Shown here in pieces: positions 36,105 to 45,625 of a stretch of 64,000 nt of DNA (its first letter is position 1; every line of letters begins with the position of its first letter). Source of the DNA: an uncultured delta proteobacterium. GTDB taxonomy: Bacteria; Myxococcota; Myxococcia; Myxococcales; Myxococcaceae. The position numbers were made by a program, and so were the translations under genes. The notes under the pieces are model-generated. The model ran no database searches. It was not told the DNA's origin and worked only from the letters and a program-made list of their open reading frames with translations. The stretch is taken from contig CAWCKH010000004.1 in NCBI GenBank assembly GCA_963796055.1, forward strand, positions 416,001 through 480,000, written 5' to 3'.

Positions 36105-39100
36105 ATGGTGCGCGCGGTGGACGCGGCGGCGACCCTGCACATCCGTCTGCTCGGCGGGCTGAGCCTGGTGCACGGCGACCAGGCGGTGAACGCGATCCAC
36201 TCGCCGCGTCTGCACTCGCTCCTCGCGTACCTCCTGGTGCACCGCGACGCGCCCCAGCTGCGACAGCACCTCGCGTTCACCTTCTGGCCGGATTCCAGCG
36301 AGGCCCAGGCGCGCAACAACCTGCGGCAGCTCCTCCACGAGCTTCGGCACGCGCTGCCCGAGGCAGACCGCTTCCTCGTCGCCGACAACCGGACCGCGGG
36401 CTGGCGGGCCGACGCGGCGTTCGAGCTGGACCTGGCCTCCTTCGAGAAGGCGCTCGCCGAGGCCGCTGCCTCCCGGGGTGACGAGCGCGAGCGGGCGGCC
36501 CTGGAGCGCGCGGCGGAGCTCTATCGGGGCGACCTCTTGCCTGGCTGTTACGACGGGTGGATCGCGGAGGAGCGCGAGCGGCTGCGACAGCTCCACCGAC
36601 GCGCGCTGGGCCGCCTCGCGGAGCTGCTGGAGGCGGGGCGGGACTACCACGACGCCGTACGCGCCCTCCAGCGGCTGCTGCACGACGAGCCGACCGACGA
36701 GGAGTCCTGTCGCGCCCTGATGCGGGTGCTGGCGCTCTCCGGGGACCGAGCCGGGGCGCTGCGCCTCTACCGCGACCACGCCGCGACTCTCCGGCGCGAG
36801 CTGGGCGTCGAGCCGGGCACGGAGCTGCGGCAGGCCCACGAGGCGCTCCAGCGCGACCTGGCCACACCGGTGCGCGAGCCGCCGCTCGACGCCGGGTCTC
36901 CCCTGGTGGGTCGCGACCACGAGTGGCAGGTGCTCCTCGAGGCCTGGCGCGTCGCCAGCGGCGGAAGCCCGAGCTTCGCGCTCATCACCGGCGAGCCGGG
37001 GATCGGCAAGTCGCGACTCGCCGAGGAGCTCCTCGCCTGGGGACGCCGGCAGGGAGTCACCGTGGCGGCCACCCGCTCCTACGCCACCGAGGGCCAGCTC
37101 TCCCTGGCGCCGGTGAGCGAGTGGCTGCGGACCACACCGGTGCGGCGGGCGCTCCTCCGGCTGGACCCGATGTGGCTCACCGAGGTCTCGCGCGTGCTGC
37201 CCGAGCTGCGCGCCGAGCGCCCCGAGCTGCCGCAGCCGGAGCCGATGACCGAGTATGGCCAGCGGCAGCGCTTCTTCGAGGCCCTGGCCCGCTCGGTGCT
37301 CGCGGCGGCGCAGCCCATCGTCCTGCTGGTGGACGACCTGCAGTGGTGCGACCGCGAGACGATCGAGTGGCTGCACTTCCTGCTCCGGTTCGACCCGCAC
37401 GCACGGATGCTGGCGCTGGGAACGGCGCGCGACGAGGAGGTGCCGGTCGACCACCCCTTGCGGGCTCTGCTCCTGCACCTCCGGGCCGGCCGGATCCCGG
37501 TGACCGAGATCGCGCTCGACCCGCTGGACGCGGCGGAGACCGCGATGCTGGCGGCGCACATCGAGCGTCGCGAGCTGGACGAGAACGTGGCGCTCCGGCT
37601 GTTCCACGAGACGGAGGGGAACCCCCTGTTCGTGGTGGAGATGGCACGGGCCGGTCTGGGCAGGGGGCCGATCCTTCCCTCCAAGATGCAAGCGGTCATC
37701 GAGTCGCGCCTGGCGCAGCTCTCGCCGCCTGCGCGCGACCTGGCCCGGCTCGCCGCCGCGATCGGCCGCGGCTTCGGGCTGGATCTGCTCCTGGAGGCCG
37801 GCCAGACCGCCGAGGATGGGGTGGTCAGGGCCCTGGACGAGCTGTGGCAGCGCCGCATCGTCCACGAGCTCGGCGCCAACCACTACGACTTCACCCACGA
37901 CAAGCTGCGCGAGGTGGCGTACGCCGAGATCGGACCTCCGCAGTGCCGGTTCCTCCACCGCCGGATCGCCCAGGCCCTGGAGAAGCTGCACGCCGGGGCG
38001 CTGGATCCGCTGAGCGGCAGAATCGCCGCCCACTACGAGCGGGCTGGGCTGGATGCGCAGGCGATCGAGCACTACCAGCGGGCGGCGAGCGTGGCGCAAC
38101 GCACCTATGCCAACGAGGATGCGATCGATCTGCTCCGTCGCGCCCTCGCCCTGGTCGAGCGCCAGCCCCAGGGTCTGGCGCGCGACTCGAGCGAGCTCCG
38201 GATCCAGCTGGGCCTGGCGCGGCTCTACCGGATGACCAAGGGCTGGACCTCGCCGGAGGTCGAGCGCAGCCTCGACCGGGCGGTGGGCCTCTGCGACACC
38301 GTGGGCGATGACGTGCAGCGGGCCCAGGTCTTCTACGGACTGCAGTCGCTCTACGTGGTCCAGGCGCGACTGGAGAAGGTGCAGCTGGTCTCGGACGAGC
38401 TGCAGCAGCTCTACCAGCGCACGCAGCATTCGTCGTCGCCGCTGGAGAGCATGATGATGCTGGCCGGCTCCCGGATGCACCTGGGCCGCATCGCGCAGGC
38501 GAGCGAGGAGTTCGAGCGGGTCCTGGCAACGACCGACCCCTCGCAGGTCCAGCGCATCGCCGAGGAGCAAGGCTGGAACTCCGCCGTCCACGGCCGCGCC
38601 TGGTACGCGCATGTCCTCTGGCTGCAAGGGCGGGCGGACACGGCCCTGGCCAACGGGCTCGATGCGGTGCGGATCGCGGACGAGCTGGGGCAGCCCTTCA
38701 ACCAGGCCGTGGCCGCGACCTACCTGGCGCTGCTGCAGCAGCTGCGGGGAGACCTCGAGACGGCGCGGACGTACGCGGCGAGGGCGCTGGCGATCACCAC
38801 CGAATCCCGGGCTCCGTACTATCGGGCCTGGTCCGAGATCCTGGTGCGCCACGCCGAGGCGACGAGCCAGCCAGACGAGAGCAGGCTCGGCGCGCTGCGC
38901 TCATCGATCGAGGTATTCCGGGCCAGCGGAGCGCGGCTCCGGCTCCCCTACTACCTGGGGCTGCTCGCCGGGGTCTGTGGCCGTTCAGGACGTGCTGCCG
39001 AGGGCCTGTCGGTGGTGGACGAGGCGCTGGCCGAGGCCCGGAGCAACAACGAGCGCTGGTGGGATGCCGAGTTGCATCGGCTGCGCGGCGATCTCCGCCT

Positions 39101-39329
39101 CGCCGAGGGTGGCGCCCCGGAGGAGGCCGCCGCCGCCTACCGGCGCTCGGTGGAGATCGCCCGGAGCCTCGGGGCAAGGGCCCTGGAGCTGCGGGCCGCC
39201 ACCAGCCTGGCCCGCCTCCAGCGCCGGCCCGGACCGCTCGCGGAGCTGATCCGCACGTTCCGTGAGGGCGCCGGCACCCCCGACCACGCCGCGGCCCGGG
39301 CGCTCCTGAACGAGCTAACGGCCGACTAA
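36105..39329 (+). CDS. SARP-family regulator (wHTH-BTAD-AAA ATPase-TPR)
   Basis: IRLLGG...LLAYL wHTH; LYRGDLLPG BTAD; GEPGIGKS Walker A; LLVDDLQW Walker B; TEGNPLF; FTHDKLRE; TPRs. Confidence 0.93.
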   Translation: MVRAVDAAATLHIRLLGGLSLVHGDQAVNAIHSPRLHSLLAYLLVHRDAPQLRQHLAFTFWPDSSEAQARNNLRQLLHELRHALPEADRFLVADNRTAGWRADAAFELDLASFEKALAEAAASRGDERERAALERAAELYRGDLLPGCYDGWIAEERERLRQLHRRALGRLAELLEAGRDYHDAVRALQRLLHDEPTDEESCRALMRVLALSGDRAGALRLYRDHAATLRRELGVEPGTELRQAHEALQRDLATPVREPPLDAGSPLVGRDHEWQVLLEAWRVASGGSPSFALITGEPGIGKSRLAEELLAWGRRQGVTVAATRSYATEGQLSLAPVSEWLRTTPVRRALLRLDPMWLTEVSRVLPELRAERPELPQPEPMTEYGQRQRFFEALARSVLAAAQPIVLLVDDLQWCDRETIEWLHFLLRFDPHARMLALGTARDEEVPVDHPLRALLLHLRAGRIPVTEIALDPLDAAETAMLAAHIERRELDENVALRLFHETEGNPLFVVEMARAGLGRGPILPSKMQAVIESRLAQLSPPARDLARLAAAIGRGFGLDLLLEAGQTAEDGVVRALDELWQRRIVHELGANHYDFTHDKLREVAYAEIGPPQCRFLHRRIAQALEKLHAGALDPLSGRIAAHYERAGLDAQAIEHYQRAASVAQRTYANEDAIDLLRRALALVERQPQGLARDSSELRIQLGLARLYRMTKGWTSPEVERSLDRAVGLCDTVGDDVQRAQVFYGLQSLYVVQARLEKVQLVSDELQQLYQRTQHSSSPLESMMMLAGSRMHLGRIAQASEEFERVLATTDPSQVQRIAEEQGWNSAVHGRAWYAHVLWLQGRADTALANGLDAVRIADELGQPFNQAVAATYLALLQQLRGDLETARTYAARALAITTESRAPYYRAWSEILVRHAEATSQPDESRLGALRSSIEVFRASGARLRLPYYLGLLAGVCGRSGRAAEGLSVVDEALAEARSNNERWWDAELHRLRGDLRLAEGGAPEEAAAAYRRSVEIARSLGARALELRAATSLARLQRRPGPLAELIRTFREGAGTPDHAAARALLNELTAD

Positions 39330-39385
39330 CGCTCCGGGCAGTCTGCTGGTCCAGGACCGAGTTTGGCGCGAACGCTCCGCTCACG
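39315..39385 (+). promoter_or_regulatory. 11-bp-phased direct repeats, candidate SARP binding site
   Basis: CTAACG at 39315 and 39326; CGAACG at 39369 and CTCACG at 39380; AACGCTCCG exact at 39328 and 39371. Confidence 0.55.
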
Positions 39386-39434
39386 GTGGGTGCGTCAGCC
39401 TCGCGGCAACACGCTGGACCCAAAGGAGCAAACG

Positions 39435-40820
39435 ATGAGCAAGCTGAACGAGACGGCGGTGCAGGATTTCAGATCCCGGATGCGGGGCGAGGTCATCCGG
39501 CCGGGAGACGGCGCCTACGACGAGGCGCGGAAGGTCTACAACGGGATGATCGACCGGCGACCGGAGATGGTCGCCCGCTGCGTGGACGTGGCCGATGTCA
39601 TGGCCTGCGTCAACTTCGCCCGGGAGCAGAAGCTGGTGCTCGCGGTGCGGGGCGGCGGGCACAGCGGACCGGGCCTCGGGGTGTGCGACGGCGGCCTGGT
39701 GATCGATCTCTCTCGGATGCGCAGCATCCGCGTCGACCCCACGGCCCGCACCGTGCGCGTCGAGGGCGGGGCGAAGTGGGCGGACGTCGATCACGCGACG
39801 CATCCGTTCGGGCTCGCCACCCCCAGCGGATTCATCTCCAGCACCGGAGTCGGGGGGCTCACCCTCGGCGGAGGCATCGGCTACCTGTCGCGCACCCATG
39901 GCCTCACCATCGACAACCTCCTGAGCGTGGACATGGTGCTCGCCGATGGCCGCTTCGTCGTCGCCAGCGCCACGGAGAACAAGGACTTGTTCTGGGCGGT
40001 GCGCGGGGGCGGCGGCAACTTCGGGGTGGTGACCTCCTTCGAGTACCGGCTGCATCCCATCAGCCAGGTCTATGGCGGCCCGATGATCTGGCCGCTCGAG
40101 CGGAGCGGCGAGCTGCTCAAGTGGTGGCGCAACTTCATCCTCGAGGCGCCGGAGGACATCAACGGCTGGTTCGGGTTCATCACCGTCCCACCTGCGGCCC
40201 CCTTCCCCGAGCAGTACCAGGGCAAGAAGGCCTGCGTGGTGGTCTGGTGCTACTCCGGGCCGCTGGAGAAGGCCGAGGAGCGCTTCAAGCCCATCCGTGC
40301 GTTCGGTCCGCCGGCAATCGACTTCGTCGGTCCGATCCCCTGGCCGGCGCTGCAAGGCATGTTCGACGCGCTCTATCCGGCCGGGCACCAGTGGTACTGG
40401 AAGGCGGACTTCTTCAAGGAGCTGTCCGACAAGGCGATCGACCTGCACGTGAAGTACGGCGCGCAGCTCCCGACCGGGCAGTCCACCATGCACCTGTACC
40501 CGATCAACGGCGCCGCGCATCGCCCAGCCCCGGGCGACACCGCCTTCAGCTTCCGCGACGCCAGCTTCGCCGAGGTGATCGTCGGCGTGGACCCGGATCC
40601 GGCGAACAACGCGAAGATGACCGAGTGGGCGCGGAATTACTGGCTGGCGCTGCACCCACACTCGGCCGGCGGCGCCTACGTGAACATGATCATGGACGAG
40701 GGCGAGGACACGGTGAAGGCCGCCTACCGCGACAACTATCCCCGGCTGGCGGAAGTCAAGGCCAAGTACGACCCGGGCAACCTCTTCCGGAACAACCAGA
40801 ACATCAAGCCGGCGAAGTGA
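39435..40820 (+). CDS. FAD-binding oxidoreductase (PCMH/berberine-bridge type)
   Basis: AVRGGGHS covalent-FAD His, GVGGLTLGGG, DLFWAVRGGGGNFGVVT, YVN, KAKYDPGNLF; AAGGAG RBS. Confidence 0.95.
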   Translation: MSKLNETAVQDFRSRMRGEVIRPGDGAYDEARKVYNGMIDRRPEMVARCVDVADVMACVNFAREQKLVLAVRGGGHSGPGLGVCDGGLVIDLSRMRSIRVDPTARTVRVEGGAKWADVDHATHPFGLATPSGFISSTGVGGLTLGGGIGYLSRTHGLTIDNLLSVDMVLADGRFVVASATENKDLFWAVRGGGGNFGVVTSFEYRLHPISQVYGGPMIWPLERSGELLKWWRNFILEAPEDINGWFGFITVPPAAPFPEQYQGKKACVVVWCYSGPLEKAEERFKPIRAFGPPAIDFVGPIPWPALQGMFDALYPAGHQWYWKADFFKELSDKAIDLHVKYGAQLPTGQSTMHLYPINGAAHRPAPGDTAFSFRDASFAEVIVGVDPDPANNAKMTEWARNYWLALHPHSAGGAYVNMIMDEGEDTVKAAYRDNYPRLAEVKAKYDPGNLFRNNQNIKPAK

Positions 40821-40914
40821 ACCCGCCGCCGGCGGCATTTCCGCGCAACGATGGCCCGGGATCGGGTTCCCCGGGGAGGCCAGCGCCCTTCTGCGCTGCC
40901 CTGGAGGAGAACCC

Positions 40915-41427
40915 ATGCGGAAGTGGATGCTCGGCGCGTCGTTGCTCTTGCTCGGAGGGACCGCGCTCGGCGCGTCCGACCTGCTCCTCGCGTTCCGGGG
41001 AGGGATTGGCGTGGAGCCGGTCTCGGCCGTCGACCCGGTCACCGGAGCGGCGACCCCCAACGTGGTCCGAGGGGTGAGCCCCGGCGGGGTTCCCTGGGTG
41101 ATCTCGAAGCTGGAGGCGACGGTCCTTGCCAGCGGCCGCATCGACGTCCGGGGCCGCGGGCTGCTCCTGGCGGGTGGCAACGGGATCGGCACCAACGGCA
41201 ACCAGAGCGTGCACGCGACGCTCTTCTGCGGACCGGCGGCCACCGCCACCGCACACTCCACCGCCGCCGCCGGCGTGCCGCTCGCCTCCAGCGGCGACTT
41301 CCGCATCGAGGACACCCTCAGCCCCGCCCCGCCGAACCCCTGCACCAGCCCGGTCCTGCTGATCGAGAACACCGGCGGCCGCTGGTTCGCCGCGGGGATT
41401 CTGGCCAACGAGCACGGGGACGACTAG
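40915..41427 (+). CDS. secreted hypothetical protein with two Cys
   Basis: GGAGGAG RBS; signal peptide; VRGVSPGGVPW. Confidence 0.8.
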   Translation: MRKWMLGASLLLLGGTALGASDLLLAFRGGIGVEPVSAVDPVTGAATPNVVRGVSPGGVPWVISKLEATVLASGRIDVRGRGLLLAGGNGIGTNGNQSVHATLFCGPAATATAHSTAAAGVPLASSGDFRIEDTLSPAPPNPCTSPVLLIENTGGRWFAAGILANEHGDD

Positions 41428-41442
41428 GGCCGGTGCGGTCGG

Positions 41443-41793
41443 TCAGCGGACCAGCCCGTTGACCGGCCCGCCGTGGAAGAACGCTCCCGGGGTCATCACC
41501 CCCTTCTGCTTGAACACCGGGAGCGCGGTGAGGCCCGAGAGGTCGATCACCTCCGCTCCCTCGGGGATGGCGACCTTCGAGCCGACCGCCTCGAACTTCC
41601 GGTCCTTGATCAGGATGATCTGATCGGTGGTGACGGTGCCCGTCGCCGGATCGACCAGCCGCCCCACGCGGACCGCTGTGAACCTAGGCGGGGCCGGGGT
41701 GGCCGGGGCGGGCTGCGCGGAAGCCGAGGTCCCGAGCAGCACGAGGGTGAACAGCAAGCGCAGTCGGGGAACGGCTCGGCTCATCCTCACCAT
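41443..41793 (-). pseudogene. amidohydrolase with the catalytic core deleted
   Basis: Signal peptide, GRLVDP..G, IPEGAEVIDLSGLTALP, then directly VFKQKGVMTPGAFFHGG; no GLIDxHxH metal motif. Confidence 0.75.
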
Positions 41794-41824
41794 GCGGTCG
41801 GTCTCCTGGAGGCGACGGGCTTTT

Positions 41825-42886
41825 TCAGGGCGCCGGTGGCGAGCCCCGCTGGGCGCGTCGGGAGAAGCGAAGAATGGCCCGGAAGAGCTCGTCGATCGCC
41901 TCGGGGTCGAGCTGAAGCGATTCCGCCCAGGCACGGCGTTCCACGAGGAGGCGGGCCTCGCGCTCGGGGTCCACGATGGGGTGACCGAGCTCGGCCTTGG
42001 CCTTCCCGGCGCGCTGGGCCAGGGTGGCGCGACGGGCGAGGAGCGCGACCAGCTCACGGTCCAGGGCGTCGATCAGCTCCCGTGCCTCCTGGAGCTCGGG
42101 AGAGCGGGCGCCGAGGTCCGGGATGGCGAACCGCGCGGACTCGAGACCGGCCTCCGCCGGGGTGGCGTCCAGCGCCCGATCGATCTCGCCGAGCGCCTGG
42201 AGCAGCTGGCGGCGAGCCTCGTGGGCGAAGGGGTTCTCGCGCTGGATGGCGGCGAAGAGGTGTCCGGCGTCCGAGCGCACCGTCTCGATGGTGCGGGAGA
42301 TGGCCTGGAACGAGGGCGGCGCGAAGGGAACGTCCATTCCGGCTCCGGCGTCCAGCATGCCCTTGGCCACGAAGAAGGTCAGCGCGTGGGTGTGGGCCAT
42401 CACCCGGTCGTGTCCCTCGGGCGTCTGCTCGATGACCTCGCAGCCAATCCGTCGGTAGAGCTCGCCGGCGCGCACCGCCGCCCCGGGGTGGCGCGGGGAG
42501 GGACAGACCACCACCCGCAAGGGTCGCTCGGCGAGCGCCAGGCTCACCGGGCCGAAGAGCGGATGGGTGGCCACCCAGGGGATGGCGTCGCCGAGCACCG
42601 CTTCCAGATCTGCGTAGGGGTGCACCTTCACGCTGCCGACGTCCAGGACCACCTGGTCCGGGGTGAGGTGTGGCCGCAGGGAGTCCAGCGCCTCGCGGGT
42701 CCGAGGCACCGGGACCGCCAGCACCACCAGGCTCGCCCCGGACACCAGCCCCTGGAGCCCGGGCGCCCGCACCGGCTCGGGGACGTCGACGCCGGAGTCG
42801 AGCGCGCGGTAGGGGATCTGCGCCTCCTCGAGGAGCGAGCCCAGCGCCCTCCCGAAGCGTCCGAACCCCAGCAGCGCGACCACCAT
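41825..42886 (-). CDS. tyrA: prephenate dehydrogenase with a C-terminal chorismate mutase domain
   Basis: GFGRFG, DVGSVK, THPLFGP, HDRVMA; C-terminal ARELIDALDRELVALLARR...K...DPERE AroQ motif. Confidence 0.92.
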   Translation of the reverse strand: MVVALLGFGRFGRALGSLLEEAQIPYRALDSGVDVPEPVRAPGLQGLVSGASLVVLAVPVPRTREALDSLRPHLTPDQVVLDVGSVKVHPYADLEAVLGDAIPWVATHPLFGPVSLALAERPLRVVVCPSPRHPGAAVRAGELYRRIGCEVIEQTPEGHDRVMAHTHALTFFVAKGMLDAGAGMDVPFAPPSFQAISRTIETVRSDAGHLFAAIQRENPFAHEARRQLLQALGEIDRALDATPAEAGLESARFAIPDLGARSPELQEARELIDALDRELVALLARRATLAQRAGKAKAELGHPIVDPEREARLLVERRAWAESLQLDPEAIDELFRAILRFSRRAQRGSPPAP

Positions 42887-42905
42887 GCCCGGGACTGTAG
42901 CTCCC

Positions 42906-44273
42906 CTACAGCTTGGCGTGCGCTCCGGCCTCGAGCGCCTTCAGCTCCTGCTCGATCTTCTGCTCCGACTCCGGATTGCGCTGTGTGGCGGGCAGCGTCC
43001 TGATCAGGGCGAGCTGCTCGCGGAGGACCGGCGCCTTGTCCTTCCCCTGTACCTCGAGGATACGAGCCTTCAGCCCCAGGACGCCCACCTTCCGCGGTCC
43101 CTGCGTCATCAGCGCCAGCGCGCGGTTCACGGCGGCCTCGGCCTCGTGGGCACGCTTCTCCTCGAGGAGCACGCGGGCGAGGCGCGCCGGCGGGTTGTAG
43201 TCGGTGGGCATCTCCTTCTCGCGGGTGGCGAGCAGGGCCTCGGCCTTCGCCGGCTCGCCGAGGTAGAGGTAGGTGTCGGTCCGGTGGGCGTCGAACGTCG
43301 CGGCGGTGGTGGCGTCGGGAGCGGCGGCCGCGGCGGTCTCCAGCATCGCCGAGCGCTTGCGCATCACCGCCACCGCCTCCTCGTGCCGACCGAGCTCATC
43401 GAGCCGGTCTGCGAGATAGGCGTAGAGGTCGCTCCGGTCGTCTACCGAGAGCGCGGCCTTCGCATCCCCGGCCAGCGTCTCGATCCGCTTCAGCGCCGCG
43501 GCCAATAGCTCCTTCGCCCCGGGTACGTCCTTGGCCTTCGCCGCACACTCCGCGGCGTGCTCGCTGACGTCCCCGCCGGGAGGAGTCGCCGGCGCCCTCG
43601 GCAGCTCCGAGCTCGCCAGCGCCAGGCATTCTCTGAGTCCCTCGGGAGTGCTCAGCCGGCCGAGCGTGGCGAGGAGCAGGCTGACGCGCTCGGGGCGGTG
43701 GGGGTCGTTCCTGGCCGAGAGCGCCACGGACCGCCGGTATGCCGCGGCCGCTGCGGCGTAGTCCCTCCTCTGCTGTGCCGCGTGGCCCTCCTGCTCCGCC
43801 CGCGCCGCCTCCGGGACCTTCCCGCCCTTCCGGGCCGCCTGCCAGGCCCCGGTGGTGTCGAGGACGAACTGGCGCATCTCGTTGACCGAGGACGTCCCCA
43901 GCCAGCGCCCGATGACCTGCTCGGTGTACGGATCGATGAGCAGGAATGTCGGCAGGCCGTCGGCCGGGAACTTCTCCACCACTTCACGGTTCTTCTCCGC
44001 CTCCGTCTCCACCGAGAGCCAGACCACGGCGTCCTTCGCCGGCCGCAGCCCCGCGTCGGGGAAGACGAACGACCGCATCGACAGGCACGAGTGGCACCAG
44101 GTGGCCCAGCTGTCGAGGAACAGCGGCTTCTTCTCCGCCCTCGCCTTCGCCAGGGCCCCCCGGTAGTCGTCCTCGAGGAAGACGATGCCCGACGCGGGTG
44201 GCTTGCCGGAGGCATGGGGCGTCGCAGTGGCCGGTGCGGCGAGAACGGACAGGGTCAGCAGGGCGGAGAGCAT
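42906..44273 (-). CDS. exported thioredoxin-fold + TPR protein
   Basis: Signal peptide; WATWCHSC CxxC; LPTF; helical C-terminus. Confidence 0.88.
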   Translation of the reverse strand: MLSALLTLSVLAAPATATPHASGKPPASGIVFLEDDYRGALAKARAEKKPLFLDSWATWCHSCLSMRSFVFPDAGLRPAKDAVVWLSVETEAEKNREVVEKFPADGLPTFLLIDPYTEQVIGRWLGTSSVNEMRQFVLDTTGAWQAARKGGKVPEAARAEQEGHAAQQRRDYAAAAAAYRRSVALSARNDPHRPERVSLLLATLGRLSTPEGLRECLALASSELPRAPATPPGGDVSEHAAECAAKAKDVPGAKELLAAALKRIETLAGDAKAALSVDDRSDLYAYLADRLDELGRHEEAVAVMRKRSAMLETAAAAAPDATTAATFDAHRTDTYLYLGEPAKAEALLATREKEMPTDYNPPARLARVLLEEKRAHEAEAAVNRALALMTQGPRKVGVLGLKARILEVQGKDKAPVLREQLALIRTLPATQRNPESEQKIEQELKALEAGAHAKL

Positions 44274-44448
44274 GTGGACGGGGGTGGAACCTAACCCCTC
44301 GGACGGGCCGAGGCTCCGTCGATTGCAGCGAACCGCCCGGGGTTCCGGCAGTCTCGGGGCGTCTCTCGCTCTGACCCGTCCGGGCTACGCCTGGCCCCCT
44401 TGCAAGACGCGGCGTGGTAGATCGCCTCGCTCTGCCCAGGGGAGAACC

Positions 44449-45606
44449 ATGAACAGAACGGCCGTCCTCTTCCGTCTCGCCTCTCTCGTCCTCCTGATCG
44501 CATTGCCCGCCCCGGCGAAGGAATCGGTGAAGCTCGCCTTCATCGGTCCCCTCACCGGCGGGAACTCGGCCATCGGGCTCGGCGGCCGCAACTCGGCCGA
44601 CCTTGCGGTGAAGCTGAAGAACGCCGACCCCAAGTCGAAGTACCTCTACGAGCTTGTGGTGCTCGACGACGAGTGCAAGCCCGACACCGGGGTCCAGGTC
44701 GCCACCAAGGCCGGAGCCGACCGGTCGATCGTCGCCGGAGTCACCCACTACTGCTCGGTGGTGGCGATCGCGACGGTGGACACCTTCCACCGTCTCGGGC
44801 TCCCCACCATCGTCTGGGGCGCGGTGCTGCCCGACATCACGTATGCGAACAAGTACCCGGAGATCCACCGGGTGAACGGGACGATGATCAACCAGAACGA
44901 GACCGCGGCAAAGCTCATGCTGAAGCAGGGCTTCCGGCGGTGGGTGATCATCCACGACACCACGGATTACGGGAAGGGCCACGACAAGTACTTCACCCAG
45001 TTCGCCACCGCGGGCGGCGGGAAGATCCTCGGCGACTTCGGCGTCACCGCGGACCAGCAGGACTTCACCGCCGAGCTCACCCAGGCCAAGGGGCTCAATC
45101 CGGAGGCCATCTTCTTCGGCGGGCTCACCCCGATCGGCGTCCGCATCCGCGCGCAGATGGACAAGCTCGGCATCAACGCCCAGTTCCAGGGCACCTCGGG
45201 CATCGTCAACGACGACTTCATCAAGGCCCTGGGACCGCTGGCCGAGGGGGTGGTTGCCTTCCGCGAGGGCGCGCCGGCAGAGAAGCTGCCCGGGGGCAAG
45301 TTCTTCCTCGAGAAGTACGCCGAGCAGAAGTACTCCAATCCGCCCGAGGCCTACGGCCCGTTCGCCTATGCCGCGGCGAAGCTCCTGATGGACACCATCG
45401 ACAAGGTGGGGCCAGACCGGAAGAAGGTCATCACCGCGCTCGCCGGGGTGAAGAACGTGGACTCCATCGTCGGCCCCATCACCTTCGACGACCACGGCCA
45501 GAACACGGTCGCGGTCATCACCGCGCTGGTGGTCCAGGACGGGAAGTGGGTGGTCTGGGAGGACAGCGAGTACGCCAGCGGGAAGCGCAAGCTGAAGGGG
45601 CGCTGA
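44449..45606 (+). CDS. livK: branched-chain amino acid ABC transporter substrate-binding protein
   Basis: FIGPLTG, DDECKP, HYCSVVA, HDTTDYGKG, DFTAELT. Confidence 0.92.
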   Translation: MNRTAVLFRLASLVLLIALPAPAKESVKLAFIGPLTGGNSAIGLGGRNSADLAVKLKNADPKSKYLYELVVLDDECKPDTGVQVATKAGADRSIVAGVTHYCSVVAIATVDTFHRLGLPTIVWGAVLPDITYANKYPEIHRVNGTMINQNETAAKLMLKQGFRRWVIIHDTTDYGKGHDKYFTQFATAGGGKILGDFGVTADQQDFTAELTQAKGLNPEAIFFGGLTPIGVRIRAQMDKLGINAQFQGTSGIVNDDFIKALGPLAEGVVAFREGAPAEKLPGGKFFLEKYAEQKYSNPPEAYGPFAYAAAKLLMDTIDKVGPDRKKVITALAGVKNVDSIVGPITFDDHGQNTVAVITALVVQDGKWVVWEDSEYASGKRKLKGR

Positions 45607-45625
45607 GCGCCGGGCCGGCCGGGCC

